Source of the DNA: Paracoccaceae bacterium
GTDB lineage: Bacteria; Pseudomonadota; Alphaproteobacteria; Rhodobacterales; Rhodobacteraceae
Direction: 5' to 3'
DNA length: 64,000 nucleotides
Assembly: GCA_027486345.1 (NCBI GenBank)
Contig: JAIXPH010000002.1
Span: 23,851-87,850 of the forward strand
Position numbers and translations under genes: made by a program. Under the pieces are notes generated by a model, which had not been told where the DNA came from, ran no database searches, and saw only the letters and a program-made list of their open reading frames with translations. Positions 9,920-19,236 of this stretch are shown here, in pieces; the stretch's first letter is position 1, and each line of letters starts with the position of its first letter.

Positions 9920-10326
9920 CCTTTGCGCGGTCTGCCACCCTTTGCGCCATTGGCGCGGGCGGCGGCGGCCTTGGCCTCAGACGTCGCACGACCACCGGCC
10001 CGCGCAAGGGCGCGCTTGGTCCAATCGACCGTGCCAAACACACCTGCGACCAGACCGGGGACGTAGAGATCAACGTCCAATGCGGGCCAGTGCAGGTTGA
10101 ACCCTTCCCCGTCAACATGGATATCCCCCAGCTCATCCGGCGGCGCGTCGGCCAGATCCTGAACCAATCCGACCGGAAAGATGTAGGTGCAGCCGTTGAG
10201 CAAATTGACGCTGACCCGACCCGTCGCCGGATCATAGGCGGCATCGCGCGCGCGTGGCTCTGTGGTCAGGGCGTCTCTGCCCCGTGCTTCGGCCCTGGCG
10301 AAGTCAGCTTCGGTCAATTCGGCCAT
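9916..10326 (-). CDS. DUF2442-domain protein with basic C-terminal tail
   Basis: 136-aa ORF whose core resembles DUF2442, the usual partner of DUF4160. The C-terminus is Ala/Lys/Arg/Gly-rich. Its stop overlaps the stop of the convergent 9308-9919 gene in a shared TTAA (9916-9919). Confidence 0.65.
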   Translation of the reverse strand: MAELTEADFARAEARGRDALTTEPRARDAAYDPATGRVSVNLLNGCTYIFPVGLVQDLADAPPDELGDIHVDGEGFNLHWPALDVDLYVPGLVAGVFGTVDWTKRALARAGGRATSEAKAAAARANGAKGGRPRKG

Positions 10327-10558
10327 GGATAAGCTCCCACGCGGACAGAAATTCGATGCGGTGGTCTTCGATTTCGGCCATCAACCGCGCCATGTCTCCT
10401 CGCTTGATGCCGACCACCTAGACCAACCGGGGCCAATCATCCGGCCCGGTCAGATCAACCTTGGCCTGCCCCGGCCCTGTCACATGGACATAGGCGGGTT
10501 CATGGTCCGAGGTGTAGATGACGATGCGAAAACCAAAGGCACGATGGATAACAACCAT
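10304..10558 (-). pseudogene. DUF4160-family gene interrupted by an in-frame TAG
   Basis: Read by hand, as each piece is under 60 aa and absent from the ORF track. From the ATG at 10558: MVVIHRAFGFRIVIYTSDHEPAYVHVTGPGQAKVDLTGPDDWPRLV, then TAG (10418-10420), then in the same frame VVGIKRGDMARLMAEIEDHRIEFLSAWELIHGRIDRS. The uninterrupted length would be about 84 aa, normal for DUF4160 (the HxPxH-like segment is HEPAYVH). Confidence 0.6.
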
Positions 10559-10600
10559 CTGCGGATGGTAAACCTATCTGTTAGGTTTTCAATTCCCACA

Positions 10601-10634
10601 AAACGAAAAGAGGGCGGGTTTCCCCGCCCTCTTT
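10601..10634 (-). terminator. Intrinsic terminator of the 10.7-14.4 kb ABC transporter operon
   Basis: 12-bp stem (10607-10618 pairs with 10623-10634) with a 4-nt loop. On the minus strand it is followed by TTTTCGTTTTGT. It lies about 50 nt after the permease stop. Confidence 0.7.
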
Positions 10635-10686
10635 CCAGTCCGGCGCTTGCCCCCGACAGGCCCGTCACGGGGGCAGGCTTGCAGCG

Positions 10687-11661
10687 TCAGGCGCCGGGTT
10701 TCTTGCCGAAGGCCACGGCGACGATGATGATGGCGCCCGAGATCATCATCTGTTCGGACACATCCAAGCCCATGATGATCAGCCCGTTGTTGATGGTGCC
10801 GATCAGCAGGGACCCCGCAAAGGTGCCAAGGATGGTGCCCTTGCCGCCAAACAGACTGGTGCCGCCCAGGATCACGGCGGCGATGGCCATCAGCTCCGCC
10901 CCTTCGCCAAAGTTGAAGCGCGCGGTCTGCATCATCCCGGCGTAAAGCATCCCGGCCAGCGCGGCAGCGGCGCCGGACAACAGGAAGGCATAGAACTTCA
11001 CGCGGCGGGTCTTGATCCCGGAATACTCTGCCGCCTGACGGTTGCCGCCGGTGGCCAGGATCTCGCGCCCGAAGCCGGTGTATTTCAACACGACGTGACC
11101 CAGCAGTGCGATCACCACCGACCAGATCAACAGCGACGGCACACCAAACACATAACCCGAACCAAAAAGGCCGTTATAGGTCTGGTTGGTGATCGAGATC
11201 GGGTTGGTGTAGGTCACCCGCATGTCCAGCCCGCGGATGAATTGCATCATCCCCAGCGTGACCAGAAAGGACGGAATCCCGATCATGGTGACAAAGACCC
11301 CGTTCAGCAATCCCACCGCCAGCCCGGACGCAATCGCCGCGACCACGGCCAAGGGCCACGCATAGCCTGCCTGCATCACCAGCGCGCAGACCAAGGCGGC
11401 CAACGCGGTGGTCGATCCCACCGACAGGTCCAATTCCCCGGCCGAGATGATGAAGGTCATCGCTACGGCAATCACCGTGATCATCGCCGTGGTGCGGGCG
11501 ATGTTGAACAGGTTCGTCACCGACAAGAACCCCTTGTCGCCGATCATGACGGCGAAAAAGCCCAGAACGACGACGAAGAAGATGTAGACGACGTAGTTCT
11601 GCCACTGGATGTCAGGCAGGGACGGCATCAACCGCCCGGTGGCCGTGGCCTTGGATTGCAT
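10687..11661 (-). CDS. Sugar (ribose-type) ABC transporter permease
   Basis: 324-aa polytopic membrane ORF of RbsC/AraH type (GGTSLFGGKGTILGT near the C-terminus). The start may instead be the internal ATG at 11628. Confidence 0.85.
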   Translation of the reverse strand: MQSKATATGRLMPSLPDIQWQNYVVYIFFVVVLGFFAVMIGDKGFLSVTNLFNIARTTAMITVIAVAMTFIISAGELDLSVGSTTALAALVCALVMQAGYAWPLAVVAAIASGLAVGLLNGVFVTMIGIPSFLVTLGMMQFIRGLDMRVTYTNPISITNQTYNGLFGSGYVFGVPSLLIWSVVIALLGHVVLKYTGFGREILATGGNRQAAEYSGIKTRRVKFYAFLLSGAAAALAGMLYAGMMQTARFNFGEGAELMAIAAVILGGTSLFGGKGTILGTFAGSLLIGTINNGLIIMGLDVSEQMMISGAIIIVAVAFGKKPGA

Positions 11662-13156
11662 GATGGAGTTCCTCCTCTGACGCCACGGTGCGGCGGTTCA
11701 AGTCCTGGGTGATGCGGCCGCCGTGCAACACAAGGATGCGGTCGCTGATCGCCATAAGTTCTTCTAGTTCGGATGAGATGACCAAGACGGCCATGCCCCG
11801 GTCGGCCATCGCCCGCACCGTCGCCACAATCTCGGACTTCGCGCCGATATCGACGCCGATGGTCGGCTCGTCGAGGATCAGCAGACGCGGATCGCGCGCC
11901 AGCCATTTGCCCAGCACGATCTTTTGCTGATTGCCGCCCGAAAGCAGGCGCGACAGCTTGTCGGGGCCATCGGTCTTGATCTTCAGATCGCGGATGGTGC
12001 CGTTGACTGTTTTCAGCGCCTCACCGTCACGGACAAAGAAATGCCGGGTGAAGCGGGCAAGGTTTGGAAGCAGCACATTGTCCCTCACCGAATGATCCAG
12101 CACGAGGCCCATCTTGCGCCGATCCTCGGGCACAAGGGCAATCCCACGTTCAATCGCGTCAGCCTGCCCGCGCAGGGGTTGGCCGTCAAAGATCACCTCG
12201 CCCGATACCGCCGCGCGGCGGCCAAAGATGGTTTCGGCAATCTCGGTCCGGCCTGACCCCATCAGACCTGCCAGACCGACAATCTCGCCGGGGCGGATGT
12301 CAAAGCTGACATCCTGCACACGCGACGGCAGGCGCAGGTTGCGCACCTGCAGGATGGGTGGGACGGTGGGGCGATCGCCCCGGTCTTGCCATTCAAAACT
12401 GGTGCTGTGGCCTGCGCCCAGCATCGCCTCGACGATGCGCGCAACGGACAGGCCCGCGCAGGGTTCTGTCATCACTGTCTCCCCGTCGCGCATGACGGTG
12501 ACGCGGTCGCAGATGGTCAGGATTTCCGCCATGCGGTGCGAGATATAGACGATGGAGATGCCGCTAGCCTTCAGCTTCCGGACCAGTTCAAACAGCGCCT
12601 CAGTCTCGGCTTCTGACAAAGACGAGGTCGGCTCGTCCATCACCAGAATGCGGGCGCGTTTGGACAGGGCCTTGGCGATTTCCACGATCTGCATGAAGCC
12701 GACGGGCAGACTGCCCACCAGCGCCTCAGGGTCGATATCGACGCCCAACTCCTGCAAGATCAGGCGCGATTGGCGCACCATCGCGGCGTTGTTGATGAAG
12801 GGCGTGCCGGGCAGGCGCGGTTCGCGGCCCAACCAGATGTTCTGGGCGACGGTCAGCGTCGGCACCAATGAGAATTCCTGAAAGATCATCGCGATGCCCG
12901 CGCGTTCCGAGGCGGCGGTATCAGTGATGTCGACGGTCTGGCCGCCGATGCTGATGGTCCCTGCGTCCTTGGTGTAAACCCCGGTCAGGATTTTCATCAG
13001 CGTGGATTTGCCTGCACCATTGCCACCCATCAGGGCATGAACCTCGGCCTTTTGCAGATCAAAGGACACGCGGCGCAGCACCGGGATGTTGCCAAAGCTT
13101 TTGCCGATCTGGGTCATCTGAAGGAACGGGCTGGACATGGCGGCCTCGGGTGGCAA
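11612..13156 (-). CDS. Sugar ABC transporter ATP-binding protein (duplicated ATPase)
   Basis: 514 aa with Walker A GGNGAGKST and signature LSGGNQQK, plus a degenerate second half typical of RbsA/MglA-type proteins. An alternative start is at 13138 (MSSPFLQ). Confidence 0.9.
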   Translation of the reverse strand: MPPEAAMSSPFLQMTQIGKSFGNIPVLRRVSFDLQKAEVHALMGGNGAGKSTLMKILTGVYTKDAGTISIGGQTVDITDTAASERAGIAMIFQEFSLVPTLTVAQNIWLGREPRLPGTPFINNAAMVRQSRLILQELGVDIDPEALVGSLPVGFMQIVEIAKALSKRARILVMDEPTSSLSEAETEALFELVRKLKASGISIVYISHRMAEILTICDRVTVMRDGETVMTEPCAGLSVARIVEAMLGAGHSTSFEWQDRGDRPTVPPILQVRNLRLPSRVQDVSFDIRPGEIVGLAGLMGSGRTEIAETIFGRRAAVSGEVIFDGQPLRGQADAIERGIALVPEDRRKMGLVLDHSVRDNVLLPNLARFTRHFFVRDGEALKTVNGTIRDLKIKTDGPDKLSRLLSGGNQQKIVLGKWLARDPRLLILDEPTIGVDIGAKSEIVATVRAMADRGMAVLVISSELEELMAISDRILVLHGGRITQDLNRRTVASEEELHHAIQGHGHRAVDAVPA

Positions 13157-13204
13157 AGGGAAAAAGGCGCGCGGCAGGGAGCGGTGCCGCGCGCCAATTG
13201 TCGA

Positions 13205-14374
13205 TTATTGCGACAGCGCGTCGGTCATTTCCGAGGGCAGGTCGATCCGGTAGATCGTCTTGTAAGCCTCGGGCAGGACAGCGCGGGTCACTTTCAGCGG
13301 CGGCACCACGACATAGGACGGGGTTGCCTCACCGATCAGCGCCAAAGCACCGATCTTGGCCTCGGCCACGCCTTGGTCATAGGGACGCTGCGACGAGATC
13401 CCGGCGATGAAGCCGTTTTGCGCCATGTTCAGCGCAACGATCTGGTCGAAGTTTTCGTTGACGATCTTGAAGTCAGACGAGGTGCGGCCTGCAACGGTGG
13501 CAGCCGTCACAGCGCCCATCGCCGGGATCGACCACGAGGCATACATGCCGCTGAGGGTGGGGTAGCGCGCCAGAACGCCTTGCGCCACTTCCTGGCCCTT
13601 GTTCGGGTCGTTGTGACCTGCAGCGGCGACCACGTTCAGGTCGGGATACTTGGCCATCACGCGGGCGATGAAGCCTTCGTAACGCAGGTTGGTGACGTAG
13701 AAGTCATTGGCGAAGTACATCGCCGCCACGTCGCCCTTGCCACCCAGCGACTCTGCCAGCGCATCGGCCAGATACATGCCGAGTGCGAGGTTGTCCGACG
13801 ACACGATCGCCGCGTAGTCCTTGCCCGGTTCCATGCCGTCAACGGCTTGGTCGATGAAGACGACCTTGGTGCCGGCCTCTTGGATTTTCTTATAGGCGCT
13901 GGCGGTGGTCTGGCCGTTCAGCGGGATCGACACCAAGAGGTCGGGCTTCAGGACCGAGATCGCCTCGAGGTCAGCAATCTGCTTGGCGTCGTCCCAGTTG
14001 GCGTTGGTTTCTGCCACGACTTCGATGCCGAAGGATTCAAAGGTTTCCTTCAGGCCGATCAACTGCTGGCTGGCCCAGTCATCGCCCAGCCACCCCATCG
14101 AGATGGCGACGGTGAACTTGCCTTCCTTGACCTTGGCAATCTGCGCGTCAGTCAGTTTCAGGTCGGCGGCGGGAAAGCCCGGCTCGCCGCGCTGGCCGTC
14201 CGAGACGACGACGCCATCGATGCTATCCATGGCGGCGATTTCCATCGTCTTGGCCGAGGGCTCTTTGTACCACAGCGGGTGCTGGATATCGGCGGCGATT
14301 TCTGCGACCGCAAGGCCGGGCAGCAAGGCCACGGATGCGGCCAACAAGAAGCTCTTCATGGTCAGGTGTTTCAT
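13205..14374 (-). CDS. Sugar ABC transporter periplasmic substrate-binding protein (type 1 PBP)
   Basis: 389 aa with a signal peptide (MKSFLLAASVALLPGLAVA) and an RbsB-like core after an extra N-terminal segment of about 80 aa. Confidence 0.8.
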   Translation of the reverse strand: MKHLTMKSFLLAASVALLPGLAVAEIAADIQHPLWYKEPSAKTMEIAAMDSIDGVVVSDGQRGEPGFPAADLKLTDAQIAKVKEGKFTVAISMGWLGDDWASQQLIGLKETFESFGIEVVAETNANWDDAKQIADLEAISVLKPDLLVSIPLNGQTTASAYKKIQEAGTKVVFIDQAVDGMEPGKDYAAIVSSDNLALGMYLADALAESLGGKGDVAAMYFANDFYVTNLRYEGFIARVMAKYPDLNVVAAAGHNDPNKGQEVAQGVLARYPTLSGMYASWSIPAMGAVTAATVAGRTSSDFKIVNENFDQIVALNMAQNGFIAGISSQRPYDQGVAEAKIGALALIGEATPSYVVVPPLKVTRAVLPEAYKTIYRIDLPSEMTDALSQ

Positions 14375-14461
14375 TTTGGGTCCTCCTCCAAGGATGTGAC
14401 GGACCCTCCCCCTGAAAGAGGATCGCGCCTAAGGCAGTTGGGATGGGGGATGCGGGGGGCC

Positions 14462-15397
14462 TCAGCGGGCCGCCACGGCACCCTGTTTACGGTTGAGCAT
14501 GAACGCGCAGAGCGTCTCGGCCAGACGGTCCGGGGCTTCCAGCGCAAGGCTGTGGCCGCATTCCTGGAACACTTCGGACCGTTCGACGCCGGTCGAGACG
14601 TTTTCCATCTGACCCTTGACCAGTTCGCCAAAGAATTCCGGCGCGCCGATGGTCAGGATCGGAAGCGACAGCTTGGTCTTCTTCAGTTCCTTGTTGATCC
14701 GGGCATTCTTCAGCCCGGCGCGATAGGTTTCCAGACAGCCGCGCAGACCGCCGGGGGCGGAGAGGCGGGCAATCCATTCGGTGATCGCCTCATCCGAAAT
14801 CGCGTTCGGGTTCCAGGTTTCGGCCTTGATCCAGAATTCCCAGAAGGCGCGCTCACGCCCGGTGATCAGCATTTCCGGCAGATGCGGAATCCAGAAGAAG
14901 GGGATGTGCCAGACCCAGACGCCGCGCAGATCAAACTGCGAGCTGACGTTTTCGGGGGTGAAGTTCGACCATTCCTCAAGTCCCTCGCCCGAGAGCAGCA
15001 TTTCCGCGAAGGACAGGGTCTTGACCCGTGCCCGCTCGGTCGCGGCCAGCGCATAGGCGAATTCCGCGCCCCGGTCTTCGCCATGCAGGTGGAAGGTCTC
15101 ATGGCCCAGATGGGTCATCAGTGCCGCCACGTCCTTGGCATTGGTCAGGCTGTCATAGCCTTCCTCGGCCGGGGGTTTGTCGGTGTCGCCAAATCCGCGC
15201 AGATCGGGGGCGACCACGGTGAAATGCGGTGTCAGCAGCGGGATCAGCTTGTGCCAGTAGAAGTGCGTTTTCGGCGTGCCGTGCAGCAGCAGAAGCGGCT
15301 CACCCTGCCCTGCGGTGACGTAGTGCATGCGGATGCCGTTCACGCGGGCCCGGCCATGCTTCACCGGCTGTCCGGCGTGATCGTAGATTTCGACCAT
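14462..15397 (-). CDS. Alpha/beta hydrolase (epoxide hydrolase / haloacid-dehalogenase-like fold family)
   Basis: 311 aa with an HGTP oxyanion motif (LLLHGTPKT), a nucleophile elbow around HGEDRGA and a C-terminal ECGHS histidine. Confidence 0.75.
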   Translation of the reverse strand: MVEIYDHAGQPVKHGRARVNGIRMHYVTAGQGEPLLLLHGTPKTHFYWHKLIPLLTPHFTVVAPDLRGFGDTDKPPAEEGYDSLTNAKDVAALMTHLGHETFHLHGEDRGAEFAYALAATERARVKTLSFAEMLLSGEGLEEWSNFTPENVSSQFDLRGVWVWHIPFFWIPHLPEMLITGRERAFWEFWIKAETWNPNAISDEAITEWIARLSAPGGLRGCLETYRAGLKNARINKELKKTKLSLPILTIGAPEFFGELVKGQMENVSTGVERSEVFQECGHSLALEAPDRLAETLCAFMLNRKQGAVAAR

Positions 15398-15628
15398 GAT
15401 GCAACTCCTCCACTTGGCTGCACATTTCTTAAATCAAATTTCGCAATGTTCAGAACAAATGTCAACATCGAAGACTGTTTGTTCAAGCAAGGGCAAACCC
15501 ATGATTTCATTGCAAAGCTGTGACGAAATTGTGCTGGTTGCGGGGATTTTCGCGTGAATCGCCCACGGATTCGTCCGAATCACAGCCACTCTGGCGCGAT
15601 CATTCGTGAGGAAAGAGAGTCAGATGAG

Positions 15629-15665
15629 CAAAACAAAAGGCCCCCCAGGCTGCGCCGGGGGGCCT
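15629..15665 (-). terminator. Intrinsic terminator after the BKACE gene
   Basis: AGGCCCCCC (15638-15646) pairs with GGGGGGCCT (15657-15665). On the minus strand it is followed by TTTTGTTTTG, about 20 nt after the stop at 15687. Confidence 0.7.
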
Positions 15666-15686
15666 GTCCGGGCCGATGGGGACCGA

Positions 15687-16634
15687 TCAGGTGATGTTCA
15701 GGATGCGGCGGGCATCGGCCTGCGTGGCGATGGGGCGGCCCACCTCGCGCGCGATGTCCTGCACCTCTTGCAAGAGTTCAAGGTTGGTGGGGTTGCGGTG
15801 GGGGCTGTAGTGCAGCTCCAGCCCGGTTTTCACATGGCCGCCGAGTTCGATGGTGCGGCGGATCAACGGGCGGTAGTCGTAATCGCCTTCGCCCCAGATC
15901 GAGATGAACCACGGCAGCTTGTGCTTGGCCTGCGAAATCATGTCAAGATAGTAGTACAGGCTTTCCAGCGACGGCTCCATCCCGCAGGTGCCGATGGGCT
16001 TTTCGGACGTCAGGCCGTATTTGCCGACAAAGTAGAAATCCCAGTTCGACCCTTTGGTGAACATGCCCCGATCCACATAGTGGCGGGCGACGCGCAGGTG
16101 ACCGGGTTCATAGACGCCCCAGATCATGGCGATGTCGCGTTCGCGGCAGAATTTCACCTGCCGCGCCACCTGCGTCAGGTTCCAGCCATAGGCGCGACCG
16201 ACGGCATTGCCCTCTTCGTCCTCGTCGATGACGAACTGGTCGATGCCGGTATCCACAACGGCGATCTGCACATTGGCGTGCTTGTTCAGGTAATGCACAT
16301 GCTCCAGCCCGCAATCGCCCTCGGCCACGAGGTTGTTGTTGCAAGTGGTGGGATACCAGATCATGTCGGGCCGCGCCTTCAGGATACGGTCCCAGGCCAG
16401 CATGTAATCGTCAAAGGCGGCCTTGCCCAATAGATCGAAGTTGGTGTTGTGGACATGGATCGCCGTGGCCCCGGCATCCCAGCAGCGGATGGCATCTTCC
16501 ACCACTTCGTCATAGGTGACGGGGGTGTTGGGGTTCATCGCCTTGGTGCGGATCCCGTTCTGGTGGGATTCGATCAGCAGCGGCTCATCCCATTGGGGTT
16601 TCATATCGGCAAAACGGTCAAGTGCGGTGGCCAT
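15687..16634 (-). CDS. BKACE-family (DUF849, 3-keto-5-aminohexanoate cleavage enzyme-like) protein
   Basis: 315-aa ORF whose N-terminal region (PLLIESHQNG...TPVTYDEVVEDAIRCWDAGATAIHVH) matches the TIM-barrel BKACE pattern as I recall it. Confidence 0.7.
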   Translation of the reverse strand: MATALDRFADMKPQWDEPLLIESHQNGIRTKAMNPNTPVTYDEVVEDAIRCWDAGATAIHVHNTNFDLLGKAAFDDYMLAWDRILKARPDMIWYPTTCNNNLVAEGDCGLEHVHYLNKHANVQIAVVDTGIDQFVIDEDEEGNAVGRAYGWNLTQVARQVKFCRERDIAMIWGVYEPGHLRVARHYVDRGMFTKGSNWDFYFVGKYGLTSEKPIGTCGMEPSLESLYYYLDMISQAKHKLPWFISIWGEGDYDYRPLIRRTIELGGHVKTGLELHYSPHRNPTNLELLQEVQDIAREVGRPIATQADARRILNIT

Positions 16635-16711
16635 GTCTGTCTCCTCTCAGGTCCGGCCGGGCGTCGGGTCCGATGCCTGACGCCCTGTCTCTGTCCTGCC
16701 CTGCGGCAGGT

Positions 16712-17683
16712 TCACTTCACGATACCATGGCGCGAACGGCTCATGGTAGCGGCGACGGCCACGATCAGGACCGCGCCATAGACGATGCTTTGCGCCTGCG
16801 GATCCACCCCGACCGCCGCCGATCCGACCGGGATCAGCGCGACGAAGAGCGCCCCGAAGACCACGTTCAAGGGGTTGCAGGCCCCGCCAGTGATGGCCGT
16901 CCCGCCGACCAATGCAGCGGCGATGGAGGGCACCAAAAGGTCCGACCCCAACCCGATGGACGAGGCCGCCCCGGCGATGGAAATCACGCACAACCCCGCA
17001 AGGCCCGCGAAAAAGCCTGACAGGCCAAAGGCCAGCACCTTCAGCGCCCGGACGGGCTGGCCCGACAGCGCCGCCGCCCGTTCATTGTAGCCCACCGCGG
17101 CCAGCCCCTGCCCCGGCACGGTGAAGCGCAGGAAGGCCCACAGGACCACGGCCAGCGCCACCGCGATCAGGAAAGCCACAGGCAGCGTCGCCACCTGCAC
17201 CGTGAACAGCCACGCCACCACAGCCATGTTGTCCATGACATAGACCACGTTCGAGCCGGTCACGACCAGCGATGCCGCCTGCATCACCCCCAGCGTGCCC
17301 AGCGTCAGCGCGAAGGACGGGATTTGCGTATAGACAAGGATCAGCCCGTTGATCACCCCGATGGCCGTCACCACCGCAAGGCACAGGACGGGCGAGGCCA
17401 CGCCCAGCGGCCCCAGCGTCAGCGCGGCAAGGATGCAGGCAAAGAGGCCCGTCGCCGCATTGGACAGGTCGATCGAGCCGATTTGCAGCACCACGCATTG
17501 CCCCAGCGCCACCAGCAGGATCGGCGTCGCTTGTTGCGCGATGATGGACGGCCCGCCCCCGCCGAGGAATTCCGGCACCGCCAGCGCCACCAGCGCCAGC
17601 AATGCGACAAAGATGGCCAGCGGACCAAGGACTTAGCGCAGCGCGTCAAAGCGGAGGGGGCTGAGTGTGGCGCGGGCGGTCAT
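16712..17683 (-). pseudogene. Sugar ABC transporter permease with in-frame TAA at codon 17
   Basis: The ATG at 17683 forms an ATGA overlap with the upstream ATPase stop. It reads MTARATLSPLRFDALR, then TAA (17633-17635), then in the same frame VLGPLAIFVALLALVALAVPEF... into the 296-aa ORF 16712-17602. The stop falls just before predicted TM1. Confidence 0.6.
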
Positions 17684-19236
17684 ACCATCTTCTCCAACAG
17701 ATCAAGGGTTGTCGGGTCATCCTCGGCCATGTCGAACCGGGCCGAGATCGCGCCGTCGCGCATCACGATGATCTCGTGGCCAAGATCCAGCGCCTCTTCC
17801 AGCGTGTCGGCCAGCAGCAGCACCGCCGCGCCCTCGGCACAGGCCGCGCGGATGCAGGCGTTGACATTGGCCCCCGCGCCGGGGTCAAGGCCGCGCAAGG
17901 GGTGATCCAGCAGCAGCACGCGCGGGCCAAGAGTCAACCATTTGGCCAACATCACCTTTTGCTGGTTGCCACCGGAAAACCGCTCCAGCGGCTGCCCCGG
18001 CAGGCGGGGCCGGATGTCCAGCTTGTCAAACCACGCCGCCGCCAGCGCCTTGCGCCGCGCGGGCGACAAAAGCCATCCCGCCATGTCGCCAAAGGGCACG
18101 GTCGTCAGGTTGCGCGCCGCCGAAAGCCCCCCGACCGAGGATTCCACCCCCCGCTCGGCCGGCAGATAGGCCAACCCCGCCGCGATGGCCCGGCGCGGGG
18201 TCCAGTCGGTGACGGGCGTGCCGTCCAGTTCAATCGTGCCGCTGTCCGGATCGTCGATGCCAAAGAGCGTGCGGATCAGCGCCTCTCGCCCCGCGCCAAA
18301 GGTGCCGACGATGGCGGTGATGCGGCGGGGATAGAGGGCGATGTCGATGTCCCGGAACGCTGCCGTCTTGCCCAAGGCGCGCGTGCGCAACACCGGCGCG
18401 CCCTGCGCCAGAGGCACGGCCTCGCGCGACCGGGCGTGGCGGTCCTTACCGATCATCAGGCGGTACAGATCGGCCTCTGTCACCTCAGACGTCAGACGAT
18501 CCGCGACGATCTCTCCATCGCGCATGACCACCGTGCGGTCACAGATGCGCAATACCTCTTCCAGCCGATGCGACACGAAGATGACCGAGCCAATCGCGCG
18601 CAGGCGGGCGATCTCGGCCTCCAGCACCTCGGTTTCGGCCTGTTCCAGCACGGATGTCGGCTCGTCCAAAATCACCAGCGGCGCGCCGCCTTGGGCCGCC
18701 GCCGTCTGGCAGGCAAGGTGGATGGTGCGGGCGATCTCGACCATCTGCCGCTCGGCAAAGCTGAGGTCGCCCACCAGCGTGTCGGGGGAAATGCGGCTGC
18801 CGATACGGGCCAGAACCTCTGCCGCCTCGGCCCGGACGGTGGACCAGCGGTAAAGCCCTCCCTTCACCGCCTGCGATCCGGAGCGCCCTGCGCCCATGAC
18901 GATGTTTTCGGCCACCGACAGGTTGGTGAACAGCGACTGTTCCTGATGGACGATCCCCACGCCCTGCGCCGTGGCGTCCAGCGGTCCGCGAAAGCGCACC
19001 TCGCGCCCGTTCAGCATCATCTTGCCCTGATCGACCAGATGCACCCCGGTCAGCATCTTCAGAAGCGTCGATTTGCCTGCGCCGTTCTCTCCGATCAGCC
19101 CCACCACCTGATGGCGTGGAATGGTCAGCGACAGGGGTTTGACCGCGACGACGGGGCCAAAGGCCTTGGACACGCCCTCCAGCGCCAGCACCGCCGGGGA
19201 CAGCGCGACCGCGCGGGGAATCTGCGATTGCATCAT
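17680..19236 (-). CDS. Sugar ABC transporter ATP-binding protein (duplicated ATPase)
   Basis: 518 aa with Walker A GENGAGKST and signature FSGGNQQK. Its start overlaps the stop of the upstream permease by 4 nt (19233-19236). Confidence 0.9.
   Translation of the reverse strand: MMQSQIPRAVALSPAVLALEGVSKAFGPVVAVKPLSLTIPRHQVVGLIGENGAGKSTLLKMLTGVHLVDQGKMMLNGREVRFRGPLDATAQGVGIVHQEQSLFTNLSVAENIVMGAGRSGSQAVKGGLYRWSTVRAEAAEVLARIGSRISPDTLVGDLSFAERQMVEIARTIHLACQTAAAQGGAPLVILDEPTSVLEQAETEVLEAEIARLRAIGSVIFVSHRLEEVLRICDRTVVMRDGEIVADRLTSEVTEADLYRLMIGKDRHARSREAVPLAQGAPVLRTRALGKTAAFRDIDIALYPRRITAIVGTFGAGREALIRTLFGIDDPDSGTIELDGTPVTDWTPRRAIAAGLAYLPAERGVESSVGGLSAARNLTTVPFGDMAGWLLSPARRKALAAAWFDKLDIRPRLPGQPLERFSGGNQQKVMLAKWLTLGPRVLLLDHPLRGLDPGAGANVNACIRAACAEGAAVLLLADTLEEALDLGHEIIVMRDGAISARFDMAEDDPTTLDLLEKMV

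Noticed and set aside
13037-15523. 828-aa plus-strand ORF
   Set aside because: It runs antisense to the well-supported SBP and alpha/beta-hydrolase genes. The product is Arg/Gly/His/Asp-rich with no motifs. This is a typical shadow ORF of GC-rich DNA.
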